Origin: Raillietiella orientalis
Lineage: Eukaryota
DNA: 64,000 nt
Direction: 5' to 3'
Assembly (NCBI GenBank): GCA_036172245.1
Contig: JAYWIR010000020.1
Location: forward strand, 62,001 to 126,000
The notes under the pieces are model-generated. The model searched no databases. It worked only from the letters and a program-made list of their open reading frames with translations, and was not told the origin of the DNA. The position numbers and the translations under genes were made by a program. Positions 51,496 through 64,000 of the stretch are shown piece by piece. Each line of letters starts with the position of its first letter. The stretch's first letter is position 1.

Positions 51496-54400
51496 CCCTC
51501 CTCTTCTCCACCCGCGACTCCATGCCACCGAAGAGTGGAGGCTTCGCCTGGGCCAGAACCGGGAACCCACGGGAGCCTAGACGCGACCTTTTAGTAAGAG
51601 AGAGGAAGGAGTCCATCCCTCAGAAGGGGACTCACAGCTCCCATTCCACTCGCTCAGCACGGAAGGAGGAAGTGGCAGGTCATCGGGGATGCGGTTCCTC
51701 GCCAATTTACGCCATCTCATGCTCCCTCTTCCGCTACCAGCATTCGAGGCGCGTTCCCCTTCCAACCCATCCTGTGGGCAAGCGAGCAAATTCAGTCCCC
51801 TCACAGGTGGTCTCAGCAAGGCATCGCCTCCGGGAACCGTCTACAGAAAACAAACTCTGTCTGCTCCGCGTAGACCGCTTCCTTCTCCCCTTCTCCCCTT
51901 TTTCCTTTCCCTCCTCCCCCTCTTCTTCCTCCACTTCCTTTGCGCATGGCTCTTGAGGCCTGCGAGGAATCCTAGTGTAAGCTCGAATATAGATCTGGAG
52001 TCTGATTTCTGAGAAAACACCTGGTAGTAGGGGGGATGGAGGATGGAGAACCTTTGCGGTCTGAACGATTGTCGGTGACGACCACCGCCAGGGCTTCTGA
52101 TTCCCTCCCCGTTTCAGGAGAGGCAAGAACGAGGAGGGGGAACAGTCAGGTAGCGGACGGCGAAGGAAGAGGAAGATAGGAGGGATTTCTGCGGAACCTA
52201 TCTGAAGGAAGGAACCGTCCCGTCGTGCCTCTGGGTGAGGGGAAAGGAAGGGAGAGGGACGATTCCCGTCCGGTCCAGAAAAGTAGACGGGCAGCGAGTT
52301 CCGGCTGGAATCCCTTTCCCTTTCTCTCCCCCTCCCCCCCTATCCTCTTCCCTCCCTCCTCCTTTTCCTCCCTTTCCCCACCCGCTTTCTTTCTTGCTGC
52401 CCGGAGCCTCCTATTCCTGGATTAGGGGGAACCACAAGGCGCGCGGCGATCGGCCCTCCCATCTGCATCCCTAATTCTTCTTATAATCCCTTCCCATCCA
52501 AAGGATGGCTCGAGAGGGACTCTCGCTCTTCTCCCCTCCTCTTCCCAACAGCTGTCCAGACACTTCCGGCCAAGGCGGGTACGCCGGAGAGGACCCTGGG
52601 GAGACCGACCGTCGACACCTGCGCCTCTCCCATCGGAAGGAGGAAGGGGCTGGAGCGAATATCCCCGGGTACGCAGGTCCCGGAGCACCGGGAAACGAGA
52701 TTTCATTCCGAGGTCGCGGTTTTCTCCTGCCCGCAGCTGGTCGAGCGGGTGGCAGCGGCAGAGCTCCATGGGCGGAGGAACCCTGGGGGCTCAGGAGAGC
52801 GAAGTGTTCGCTCTTCTCCTTTTCCCTTCGGGAAGTTCCTCCCTGCTCTAGATGGACTGGAGGGAGGATACCCAGATCTGGAAGAGCCTTACCGCTTCCG
52901 CCAAAGGACCTGGCTCAGTGGGGCGCCGCGAGGCCCATTGTTGCTAGGAGAAAGAAGAAGGAAAAGAGATCTCCTGGTTCCGCATCCTGACGTGGGGCTT
53001 CCTTTCTTTCCCTCCCTCCCTTCCACCCTTAGTCTTCTCTCCCCGGCCTCAACCGAAAGCACGAAATCGAATGGAAGGGGATGCTGCCTTTCTTTCCGGA
53101 GCGACCGCCCCTCCACCGCCGTAGCTTCCCAGCCATCGTCCGTTCCAGATCTCCCAGAGCTGTACCTTCTCCCGGGATGGGAGGGAGAGAAAGGGGAAGG
53201 AAAAGTAAGGGGAAGCGGCGCGGGGAAGGTGAGATGTCGTCGTCCTGAAGAACTTCCCGATGAGGGACAGGAGCGAAGCAGTTGACCTGCAAAAAAGCCC
53301 TCCAGGGGGATGCAGACGCGCCAGACCGGTGTCTTTCCCTGAAAACCGCACCAGCAAGGACGAGAGGTCGGGAGCTACCGAAGTCCGATAGGGAGCGACC
53401 TCCACTGTCGGGAATGCCATATAGAGGGAAGCCTGAGGAGAGATGAAGAGATAACCTCTCCAGGTGGTGGGCTGGCTTCAAGCAGTTCCGGGACGAAAGC
53501 TGCTCTGGAGGCTACCGACGCACCCTCCATCTCTCCGCCACCATCACGTCTTCGCCTCCACACAAACCTTCGGGTCGGGAATTTCTCTTAGAGTAGGGCA
53601 TAAGAAGAGATATCCATCGCCTAAAAGAGCCTCTTGAAATCCCCCTCTTCCTCTACAAGGGTATTTCCTCTTTCCCCCTACGAATAGTCAGCGGCCTTCG
53701 TCGCCGGAATGGAGTGACCTGAAGCGAGTTCCTCTCCTCCTTCCTCATATTCGCTCCCCCCCTTACCCGGTAGCTCATGCTCGAGACGCAGTGAGAGGAT
53801 CCTTCCCCGAATCCGCTCCGGGGATTCACCCCTCGGTGTCGGTGGCAGCCACGCAATCCTCTTGCCTGCCTGGGAGAGGGGTTGTGGAGAGCCTCTGCGG
53901 TCCGGGCGGTTGTCGATGCCGACCGCCATCAGGGCTTCTAGTTCTTCCCTTCCCCTCCCTTCCAGTTTCGGGAGTAGGAGGAGCAGGAAGAAAGAGCTTT
54001 CAGTCTCCTTCGGCAGCAGCTCTTCTCCTTCTCTCCTCTCTTCCTTCTCCCTTCTTCCTATCTTCTTCCTCTCTTTCTCCTCTCTTCCTCCTCAGCTTCA
54101 TTGTCGTCCCCATCCCTCGTGATTTTCCCCTCCATCTTTGCTTTCGTCTTCAGCATCGGTTTCATCTTCTTTCAGAAAGAGATCCTTTTCCCTACTTCCC
54201 AACCGTCTTTCTCCCCCTCTTTCACCCCACGTTCGGCTCGAACGGTAGATCTCCGGCTCCCGCAGCCTCCTTCTCCCCCTTCCTTCCTCCCTGCTCCACA
54301 AGCAAAAATTCCGCGTTAGCTGCTGCGCACACGAGGACGAGCGAGAGCACCCTTGATCATGAGCACGGGCCGACGGACATGTCCCCCTCCGCGCAGCTGT

Positions 54401-56914
54401 CGTTTCCCTGCTCCTCATCTAATTACTGGGGAGTCTATGGAAGGATGGCATGTCTTCCCGTGATCCAGATGGAAGTCTCCTTCAGGCTTCTCAAGCAGCT
54501 TTCCGGACGACAGCGGCGTTCTCCCGTCTCCATGGCAATCTCCGGTTAAGGCACTGTGACCGGACTAAGGAACCGATGCAGCACACGCGTGTTGCACGCC
54601 TTCCTCCCTCCTCCAGCACGACGAATGGCGAGGAGGAAAGAGGGAAGTGGCTCGCAGGATCTTCCCGTTCGGCAGGATGGTGCGGTCTGCCTAGCCGATT
54701 GACCAGAACACCTCCTCTCCAGGTCTCCCGACTCCCGCCCTCTCTTCGAGGAACCTTCCGAAACGAGGTGGAATCGGTCCTCAGGCGTAAATAAATGCGA
54801 GTTCGGCTTCGGATCAATCCTCCGGCACGCCTTCGACGCCTGCAGGACTATTCCCTCTACGGACCTCCCACCTCTGCTCTCTCCTGCCGGAGTCCACAGA
54901 GCGTCCTAGAACGGCAACAAGGCGGGCGACACTCTCCCCTGTTCCAGCACCGCCATCGTACCGTTGTCCGCGCATCGGCTCGAGAGCTCAGCATGCGCGC
55001 GTCGCCCCGACGCCGCGTGCATCAGCAAAGATGGGGACAGCGAGAAGGGGCAACGGAAGGAGCAGGACGCTGGCTCATGATTGGTCGCTTGCAAGAAGAC
55101 CCTCTTCTCTTGAGAGAGTACGGTGGGCGTACGTGCGACATCTCTGCAAGCCTCCTTCATCATCGTCCTACGCCTCATCTTCTTCTGCTCTCTATTCCTG
55201 GTGACCTCCTCTAGCCATTCCCAGGAAACTGGGTGGCTTCTGACGTGAGGATGCCGGAACTTTCGCGAGAGAATCCTTTAGCTCCCGAGGAGTCGACCAC
55301 TGGGACAGCTTCTGGGTCTCGGGGGCGTGGGAAAGGCGATCCCTCGATGGCGACCTTTCAATTTCGGGTGATGTCTCGCGGGCGGAGAGAGGTGGAAATG
55401 GGTCAGAGATCTCCTCGGAATGCGGTATTCCCTCTGGCAAACTTCGCGGATCCCTTCCTTCCTTCATTCCTCTTTTTCATCCTCCTCCCTTACTCCTCCT
55501 ACTCATCATCATAATCTTCTCCATCCTCCCCCTCTCCTCCTCCTCCTACTTTCACTCCATTCTCGCTACTCCCGGGTGCCCTCGAACTCTGCCCCTTCCC
55601 TCACGGAGATAAATACTTCCTCCAGGTGCGTGCTCCCCCAAATGACCACAACTTCCCTGACGCCTTGCCATGGAGCCTCTGCACAGCGCTCCGCTGGCCA
55701 TCAAGTGACCACCGCTGGCGATCGCGCTCGTAAGACGTGGGAACGAGACCTTCCACTTCTCTTCGAGCGCTGAAATCTATCTGACTTCCCCTTCCGAAAG
55801 GACTGCGCGGTAACCCTTTGGATAGTTCTCAGATGGCGCTGGCCCAGGGTCGCTCTAGGGCCTCCGGCGAAGCAGGCTGGTGGAAGCTCAAATTTTCCCT
55901 TCTACAGCTCCCGGAACGACTAGCCGATGCTCTTAAAAAGAGCTTCGGGAAAAGGAGGGGAAGACAAGCGGGAAAATCCGCGCTCAGGAAGGAAGCGTGC
56001 TGCACGGCACGAGCCGCGTGTCAGGAAAGGGATGGGCGGAGCCCTCTTGAAGGAAAGGATCGGACAGAGAAGCCCAAATCAGTCATCAAGAAATCCACAG
56101 GATCTTCTCTTGAGAGTCAAGAAGGGAGCAGTGAGTTCTAACAGAAGCAGAGAATGGGGGAAGGATGCATCTGTTGTGTATAGAAAGTTCAAGGCTGACA
56201 GCAAGAACGTTCATTTTTCCTGTCGACTCCTCGACAGAAGTTTTCTGAAAAGACCAGCGACTCCTAGAGGTCATCTGTCCTCCTTTCTGACAAACTGTCT
56301 GTGTTCCCGGTACCTCTAGAAACGAGAGATGATCGGAAAGGAGCTCAAGTCGAGAAAGATGTGGCTCTGTAGCTCTTATGAAAGAAGGAGTCTCGGGAGA
56401 GGCACCTATCATCCAAGGTCGGAGGCATAGGCGCCTCCGGTGGGGGCGCTCCTTCCCCTCTGTCTTGCTTGTCCCTTCATCCCTCCTTGGTTCCAGACTG
56501 GAGAGGTAGTAGGGGAAGAACGCGGTGTTTGCACTGATGCTCTGGAAAAGAACTTTCGGAAAATGTGTCATCTGTTTTGTCAGCTTTCCCGGTGTTGGCT
56601 ATGTAGGCGAGGAGGAGAAGGAAAAACGGGAAGCGGAAGGGAAGGCCAAAACCATAAGTCGGCCACTTCTTGGACTCTCTTCCTCAGGTTTCTTGCACGC
56701 AGCTCCCATCTTTTCTCTTATCGTCTTCCCTTTTCCTCACCAATTCCCCATTTCACGTTGGTGTCTTTCTAAAAGCGTGGCCGATAGAAGCCCAGAAGGC
56801 GGACACATCGCTTCTTCGCCTCTTCATCTGGATGGTGCGTCCTTGTCCCGGAGGCATGAGAGAGAGTCGCTCTCTTAGCCAATTCAAGACGATGGCAACA
56901 CCTCAGGACGCTTT

Positions 56915-57070
56915 CTACCCCTACGCCTACTTCTGAAGCTGCTTCTCTTGTAACTCCTACATATGCAGCTCTTTCCCCCCTAGATTCTACTTCTGTGGGT
57001 ACACTTCTGCAGCTCCTTCTCTTGCAGCTCCCATTTTTCATTCTAATTTCCCTACTCTCTCTCCTACTGC
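56915..57070. repeat. Degenerate tandem/low-complexity repeat (ctacttctg..gct-like unit)
   Basis: Recurring ctacttctg / ttctgcagctc / cttgcagctc variants. Confidence 0.45.
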
Positions 57071-58749
57071 TGAACACCTCTGATTACTCTTCCTTGCATC
57101 ATCCCTCCTCGGCTCGCAAGATGCGCAGAACCCTTTGCCCTTGAAATTCGCCTCCGGACCGCTAACGCCAAAGCCGCGATGGATCGAGGCGGCCCTCACG
57201 GGACGTCCGTACTTCGTGCTCCAGACAGCCTTTGGTTTCAGCATCTCCAGAATGCGGGAAACCGGGGTCTCTAGGGAGGAGAAGTTCTTGGAGGAAGGAA
57301 AAAAATCCAATTCTTTTCGTGTTCCCCCTCCAAGCTTCCTCCTCCTCCTCCCCGTGAACCACAGGGAGAATGCCGGAACTCATTCCTCGGGGAGTCAGCC
57401 TGCTCCCCTGTTTACATTTTTGTCAGGTACGGAGGGAAGTTCGAGTGTCATTGCGGGCGCTTCAAGCAGATCTTTCCTCTCCGCGACTTAAATCTGGTGA
57501 GCAGGAAATGCCGCTGCTCCGACCGCCCCGTAGATGGAGGAAGGGAGAGAACTAGAGGAATCGGAGCCGCAGGAGGGCATGAGAGGCGCATCGCCAGGAA
57601 AGGCCTTCCTTCCCCTCGGTCGCAGTTCACGTCCACTCGTGGGACCCACTTCCTCCACCTTCTTCCGCAGAGAACTGGCGACATGCCTGCGTCTCGGGAT
57701 GCTACAGAGATCCCGTTGGAAAGCTCCTGTTTCCCCCGGCGTTCCAGTAGGATGATGCCAGGGAGGCTTTCCGAGTGGTTACAAACAGAGGATCTACCTT
57801 CTTCCCTCTTTCCCTCCCGTCTCCCCGTCTCCACAGCAAACGTCGAAACGGAGGATGGGGAGAGCTGCAGAGCTCACGAACGCTCTGCAACTCTCCCCAT
57901 CCATCCTCTTCGAGACGCCGACCGCCTCCCGAATTTTCTGGAAACCCCGCCCATTCGAACTCTGCGCTGTCCTTCGACTGTCTGAGAAGCAGGGGTGGTG
58001 TGCAGGCTCGTCGGAGGCGGCAGAAGGTTCACCCTCAATCCGCCCTGAGGCGCAAAGCTGACCGGGGCTCCACCACGACCCAGGCACCTCCCGAGGCATT
58101 CGTCCGTTCGATCTCCTCTCTCCTTCCCTTCCCACGGTGAGAAATTTCAATTTTTTTTTTTTTTTTTTCTTTCACGAACCCTTCCTCTTTACCAAATGTC
58201 TTGGGAGCCTCCGAGTCATCCCGGCGGGTCCAAACGTACCGCTTCGGTGCCCAGCAACCGGAGGAAGTGATCTACCGTGAACAGTTTCGCTCGGTCGCGT
58301 CCGCGGGGGAACGAGAATCGCTCCGCTTCCCTCATGATCCGGGTTCCTGGTGGCGGCGACGGCGGCGCGCATACGCCCATGGGTCCTTGACGAAGAGGGA
58401 GGGCAGGGGTCACTGAAAATTCGGCTCTTTCCATCCCAACACGCTGCGTAGGCCGAGCTCGGCGCACACACCCTTCCTCCCTCTCCCCTCCTCGACGGAG
58501 CTCGGAACTTTTCGGAGATTCCATTTCCCTGCACCGCGGGGGACCGGAAGCATGTCGGTAGTTACCGGAGTCTGAGGAAGTACTCGCGTCGCCTTCCGTG
58601 TCTCTGGGGAATTCCCCATCATCGCCCTACCCGCTGTCGGGCCGTTGCTTTTCGGCCCTCCCTTGAGGAGCCCGTCCACCGCGAGGCGGAGGACCTCCCA
58701 ATCCTCCCTTAAGTCCTCAGGATCGGGGCTGCCATCCAGCAAAGCCAAC

Positions 58750-61160
58750 TGCCACTAGTCGACCTCGGCATCGCGGCACCGAGCGCTTGGACCCTTCGAC
58801 CAGCCCACATCCCACCAGCGGCACTGCCCACTGGGAGGACGAGAAACGTGATTCTCGAGGTCCAGCAAGAGTGGCTGCAGAGACGCCGGAGGTACTCCCG
58901 AGCGGCGACGGAAGCGTCCTCCGGAGCGCCCGATGATGAAGATCCGGGAACGGAGGTCCAGGAAGCGAAGGGAGAGGCCGTAAGGAAAGCGCCTGTGTCC
59001 TCTCGCCGATGGAGGGAATGTCGGAGGCTTGCAGGAAGGTCACCTAGATCCGGAGGATGACAAGGTGCCCTATAAACTGAAGGAATGAGACTTTCCAGCG
59101 TGGAGACAGAAAAGGCAAGAAGAGGTGGATGCCAGCATTCAGCACGCGTACTGGGGACTCCCGTTCTGGGGTAGCCGGCCGGGATGAAAGGAGAGAGCAT
59201 CGTGACTGATGAACTGCCAGCGGGCCTCCGGCCGCAGTGTACCAAGTGGTGGAAATTCCTGGGATTTCCTCCTCCTCTTTCCTTCTTTCGAAGCATCTAT
59301 CCACGTGGATGGGTCGTTGCATGCCGGCCGCTCGAAACAGCTGCTTCTGGCTGCTGCAGCTCGCGACAACGACCTCGCGGGAAGCGCACTCTCCTCAGAG
59401 TGATTGTTGCCCCCTACGTGCTTCAAGCTCTTTCATATTTCATGCGGAACGGTCCTCTCTGTATTGCCTCCTACCCCTCCCCTTCAATGCAACTCATACC
59501 AAGCGATCTTTTTCCCCACGGCATGAGATTCTCGGGCCCTCGAAATCCCTGCAATCAGAAATCAAGGCGCCATCTCCTGTACTGATCATCCTTCCCCGCG
59601 CTGGGATCTCCTCTCGATAGAGAGGGAACTGCCGGAGGGATCAGCAGGCTGAGGGAACCCTTTAGTTGGAGTTTGACCTTGCACGGACTCGTCAAGCTCC
59701 GACGCCGGCCAACAGTCGGGGACCGTCTGAACCGTCCTGCTGAGAAAGCTTGTCGCCTTGTCGGCCTTGTAATTCTTCCGTGCTCCATCCAGTAGAGAAA
59801 AACCCGAGCGAGACCGAGGAGGCAACAAGGCAGCTGGCGACTCCAGGCGCTATCTCGCTCCGACCTAGCAGTGGCTGGGGGACTCAGCACTGTTCCTTCC
59901 TGTGCGTTTCCAACCTTTCTACGGTGATGGAGGATTGTCGCGTTGTCTCCCTGGCTCCATTTTCCTATCTGCTCCAACCTGGCCAGCGGTGGGACGAAAC
60001 AAGCAAAGGGGATCCTATTGGGCGCTCCCGCTTTTGTGCTCTTCTCCTTGGAAGAATGGCTTCTTTTTTCGCCGGTTCGCTTTGGGCAGGATGCTCCCCC
60101 CGCTCGCAGGTTTTCTCTTATCTCTGTGCCTCCTGACTCACAACAGGATGACCTTCCTCTTCCCAAGTACCGAAGTGGTTTTTGCTCTGTTTTTTCGGTA
60201 GACATTCTGCAGTACGCTTCGTGCATCCGAGTCCTGTGGCGTGCCATGACAAGATTCGCTATCGAAGGAAGACAAGGAACTCTCTCTTTCGCTTCTCAGT
60301 TCTCTCGGTTCCGTCCCTTCCTGCCTGGAGAGAGCATCTTCCACTGCCTCTCCGCTAGTGGATTTTGTCGCCCGGGACCGAATGGCATTCGAGTTCTGGA
60401 TCGCCCTGGTCTTCTCTCTCTAGTGACCTGCTTCTGCTGCACCACCTCGGTAGCATCGAAGAAAAGTCCTTGTTTGTTTTTTCGAACGTTGGATCATCTT
60501 CCCTTAAATCCGTTCTTCTTCGTCCTCCTGTGAACCAATGTCGAATGCCAAAGTCGTGTGCCGTCTCTTTCGATTGTTCTGTCCGCGTGGTCTTCTGAGA
60601 TTGCCCTTGAGTCTTTGGCCGGATAGCGGATTGCCTGTAGGCAGTGTTCCTCAAGACTTGCGCTTCTGGGACCCCCGCTCGGGCTCTGTCCGGTAAGCAC
60701 CCATGCGTCACCTGGAATCGTGGACTATTTTCTTGTCCTCAAACTTTTGATTGACCAACGTGAGTAGTTTTTTTCTTTCTTTCTCTTCCTTTCTCTTCTT
60801 GACCATTTTGTATGCAATTTTTGGAGGAGTTACGGATACTTGTGTGTCCAAGCAACTTATCTCTCCCTTCCCCTTCCAGTCTCTAGAGCTGCGTTCGTTG
60901 CGGGTGTACGCGGGATTCGCGAACGGGATGGCTCCTCTATGCCACCCCGGTGTGCCCTGCTTCGCCGAGAAGCGTCCCAGCCTGCATGCGGAATGGACCG
61001 CGTTTCTCCGAGCAGCTTCCGGAAGACTCTGCTCCTGTAGAAGCCCAAAGTTTGGCAGACGTATTCGCTCCTCCCACGCGATTCCGAAACTTCTCGAACG
61101 ACGTGAAAAATAGGTCTTTTCACTCATCACTCTAGATGACGATGGGCTGGCAGTTTGCAA
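58750..61160 (+). mobile_element. Decayed non-LTR retrotransposon (ORF1-like, APE and RT relics) inside the GPCR intron
   Basis: In order: TGRTRNVILEV (gag-like), MNCQR (APE start-like), GPLCIASYPSPS (ASVYxPP-like), RPGPNGI (APGPDGI-like), RSVPACMRNGPRF (GVPQGSxLGP-like), LDDDGLAV (YADD region-like). By-eye only. Confidence 0.45.
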
Positions 61161-61954
61161 AGCGTTTACGTCCTTGATGATCATCGTCCTCGATGGCCGC
61201 GGGAGCAAACCGCGAGCGCACGATTCGCGGGCAGCGGTGGAACCGCATCAGATGCGCTTGGCAGAGAAACTGCTTTGCTCCTGCGAGAATCAAAGGGGAA
61301 GATTCGGCTTCAGACCCATTTCTCAGCATCACGGAGCAGGAGCCTCTGAAACTCACGCGGATGATGTAGCACTCCCAGTTAGAATGAGGATTTCAGGATA
61401 ATTAAAATGTATGAGCAGCTTAAGAGTACCGCCGTGCACCACAGTACTCTCAAGGCGAAGGAGTTAAGCAGGAACCCACACACCCACATACGGGAAAGCA
61501 GCCGCTGATCCCAACCGATCGAACGCTCACTCCTATCTGCACATAGGGAAACATTTCAGACATGAGGAAAACAGGAGGACGGCATGCTTCGGGGGCATAT
61601 CGTGAGGCATTTCCGTGAGACTTTTAGCTGGAGTTGGGGAGATTCGAACGTTTTCTCGGGGAGCTTTCTTGGATACGTCTCTGGAGGATTCGTTAGTCCA
61701 TCCTTGTCTGTATTTACCATGGAACCAAGTGGAGAATTCGTTTGCAACGGTTTCGTACGGGGGAAGGCGGAACACGTGTCTTGATAAAAAAAGAACCCGG
61801 GTAAAGGAACCATCGTGGCTATCGCCGCTGCGAAAGTCCTCCTTAACACTGTTTCCTTGACAACAACATTTCGATCGAAGACTTTCCTGACTCTTCGAAG
61901 TTTCACCGTCAGTTTCTAAGAATGATTTAACGTTTTGTTGTTTGCTTCTTCCAG

Positions 61955-62023
61955 ATGGTCAAAACCACAGTTTCCGTTGTCCTGGCCTTCACTGGCTGCT
62001 GGTTGCCGTTCCACATATTAATG
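61955..62023 (+). CDS. Second coding exon (TM6) of the neuropeptide GPCR
   Basis: Pyrimidine-rich acceptor ttcttccag, MVKTTVSVVLAFTGCWLPFHILM with the CWxP motif, donor GTAAGT; phase 0 matches ...RSKKK| of the upstream exon. Confidence 0.9.
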
Positions 62024-64000
62024 GTAAGTGGCCATGTTGGATTCGAAGGCATCGCTGTTTTAGAGCAAGTCATAAAAAATTTAAAAAAGGCAGAACTTAA
62101 CAGAATGATAATCACGAAAACAGCGGAAAGAAAGATCGATGCTTTCGAATCTGTACAGTTGCTACTATAACGCCGTATAAAATGTGAGCTAACCCCCTCG
62201 TTTTAAGAACTACACTGCACTAGAGTGTGAGCAAGAAACGTAAGAATAGCGCATTGTGGAAGCAAGAAGCCACGCTTTCTTTGCTGATTTCATTTCTCAG
62301 TTACTCGGAGAGGGTTGACTTCTTTCACAGGAATCGATCTTAGAGCCACAAAGGAATCTGACCATGGAATCTCTCGAAAAACCGATAACAAAATCAAGAT
62401 ACGCAGCGCTTTCCTCGCTCTGGAGGAACTCGGTCTCTTGTCATGGAAGCAAGAGGAGGGACAGATGGCCACACTGCTCGGTGTTCCTCTTTCCCCTAGA
62501 GGTGGCGCTGAGGGCGCAGTTCTTTCCGCCACAGGAGAATGAGGCGGGGGGGGGAGGCATGAAATTAAATTATTTCGGTGCATTTCAGTCGTTTTGATCT
62601 TTCGGCAGGAAAACAACGGAGTTGACAGCAATACGAATACTCCTGGGAAAATTTTCGTTTCCAATCAGCTCCGGTGCTCACGACGCCGATCTATAAAAAG
62701 GCGCTCCTCCCGTCTTGCTCCCACGGTCGTGTTCTGCTGCGTTCTAGCGTGGTGTTTTTTTCTGCGACTGGAAGCGAAAAGGGAAAAGTCATTACTTTCT
62801 TTCTGCTCAAGGCATGCGGAATTCGAAAGCCGAAGGCTGCTAGGCTCCCCGCGGAGCACGAAAGTTCCAAGTGTTCTTTTTTTTTCAATCCAGTGGAAAA
62901 AGACTCACACGAAGGTGGAAGGGGAGGGGCGATTCGACCTCGCATTTTCAGCCTCTTGGCACCAACACCCCAGGAGGTGCGGCGGCTTCTGGAAAGGAGA
63001 GTTTCGCTCTTCGTGAGAGCTTCCCTGCGCGCCGACGGCCTCGGTCAGCAGGTGAGCCTCAGCGAGCACGGCACTTAGCGAAGATCGGGAAACGGGCTGA
63101 TCCGCATCGAAGCACACAGTCTGCAAGAGCCGAGCTGGGCGTCGGCGACCCGCCGCCGCTCACACGAGCACCCCGATTCACACGAAACCGCCCCAGCGGC
63201 ACTAATCCGTGTCATCGTCGAGAAGGAAGAAATGACGGGATGTATTTCCCGTTTGGAATTCGAAACTTCCACTTTGCTGGTTGTTCTGAACGGTCGCTTG
63301 CGATTCGTGAAACTCGATTTCTTCTTCTTCTTCGGCAACGAGGAGATCTGCAGCGTGCGAAAGAAATCGAACCAAAAAGCAAACAAGGAGGGAGGGTGGG
63401 CGAGGACGGTGGGGAAAATTTTGAAACCGAAGAAGCCGCGCTACCAGAGTCGCTGCCTTCCTCTGCTTGACTCGCTCAGGATGCCATGCCAATCTCTTCT
63501 TCGTCTGGAATGCGGCAACTCTTTCTTTTTTTTCGATCCTACGAGGAGGATGCTTTCTTGCGATTGCCTGCTCGAAGCTGTGGGTCGAATCATCTGTGAA
63601 ACCCTCGTACCCAAATACTATCGACCATCATCTTCCATTCCACAAGCTCAACGGAAGCTCTTGACGTCTTTCCTAGAGAATCCGATCCTTGGACTTCATC
63701 TCTGAAATGACCAAGTACTTATGCGAAGCACGTAATCTGGAAACCCACTTCTTCAGCCCCATTGAGTTGTCCTTTGAGGAAATTTCATGATAAATTGCTT
63801 GATAAGTTCAAAGATATGGGAACGAGAAGTTTGTTTTTTCGGTTGTTATGGATTCCGCTGGCACACACACATCTTCGGTTCCCCAGGGGTTCGCAAGCGT
63901 AGCCATCGACAAAAGACACGGCCAACCATGACAGTGGGACTCCTTTGTCGTCCGGAAGCAGCGCGTGGGCATCTTTCGAACCCGTGCTCCGCTCCCGCCT

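Noticed and set aside
62594..63016. Hydrophobic stretch TVVFCCVLAWCFF as a further GPCR exon
   Set aside because: No TM7 motif (HWLAMS or NPxxY) and no convincing splice context.

Overview
Eukaryotic animal genomic DNA, probably a protostome invertebrate or arthropod (inferred from the gene families; the species cannot be determined). Two spliced protein-coding genes are supported, both on +. (1) A complete 4-hydroxyphenylpyruvate dioxygenase (HPD/HPPD) with 11 coding exons at about 14561-18171 and several 42-70 nt introns. (2) A class A neuropeptide GPCR most like RYamide/luqin (NPY-like) receptors. Its TM1-5 exon is at 49986-50720 and its TM6 exon at 61955-62023, after an 11.2 kb intron; the TM7 exon was not found in the window. 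It has Gly instead of the conserved TM2 Asp2.50. The first 12.9 kb is a complex rearrangement: about 2.1 kb inverted arms, a 901 bp direct duplication and a 145 bp segment present three times. One junction lies on an 18 bp inverted repeat. One arm carries a 919 bp tRNA-headed SINE-like insertion with a 7 bp target-site duplication, and the other arm shows the empty site. Four copies of this long SINE-like family occur in the window. Much of the remainder is badly decayed non-LTR retrotransposon (LINE) sequence, recognised only by eye from degenerate motifs. No rRNA, true tRNA, CRISPR array or prokaryotic system was seen, and most ORFs in the supplied track are spurious.
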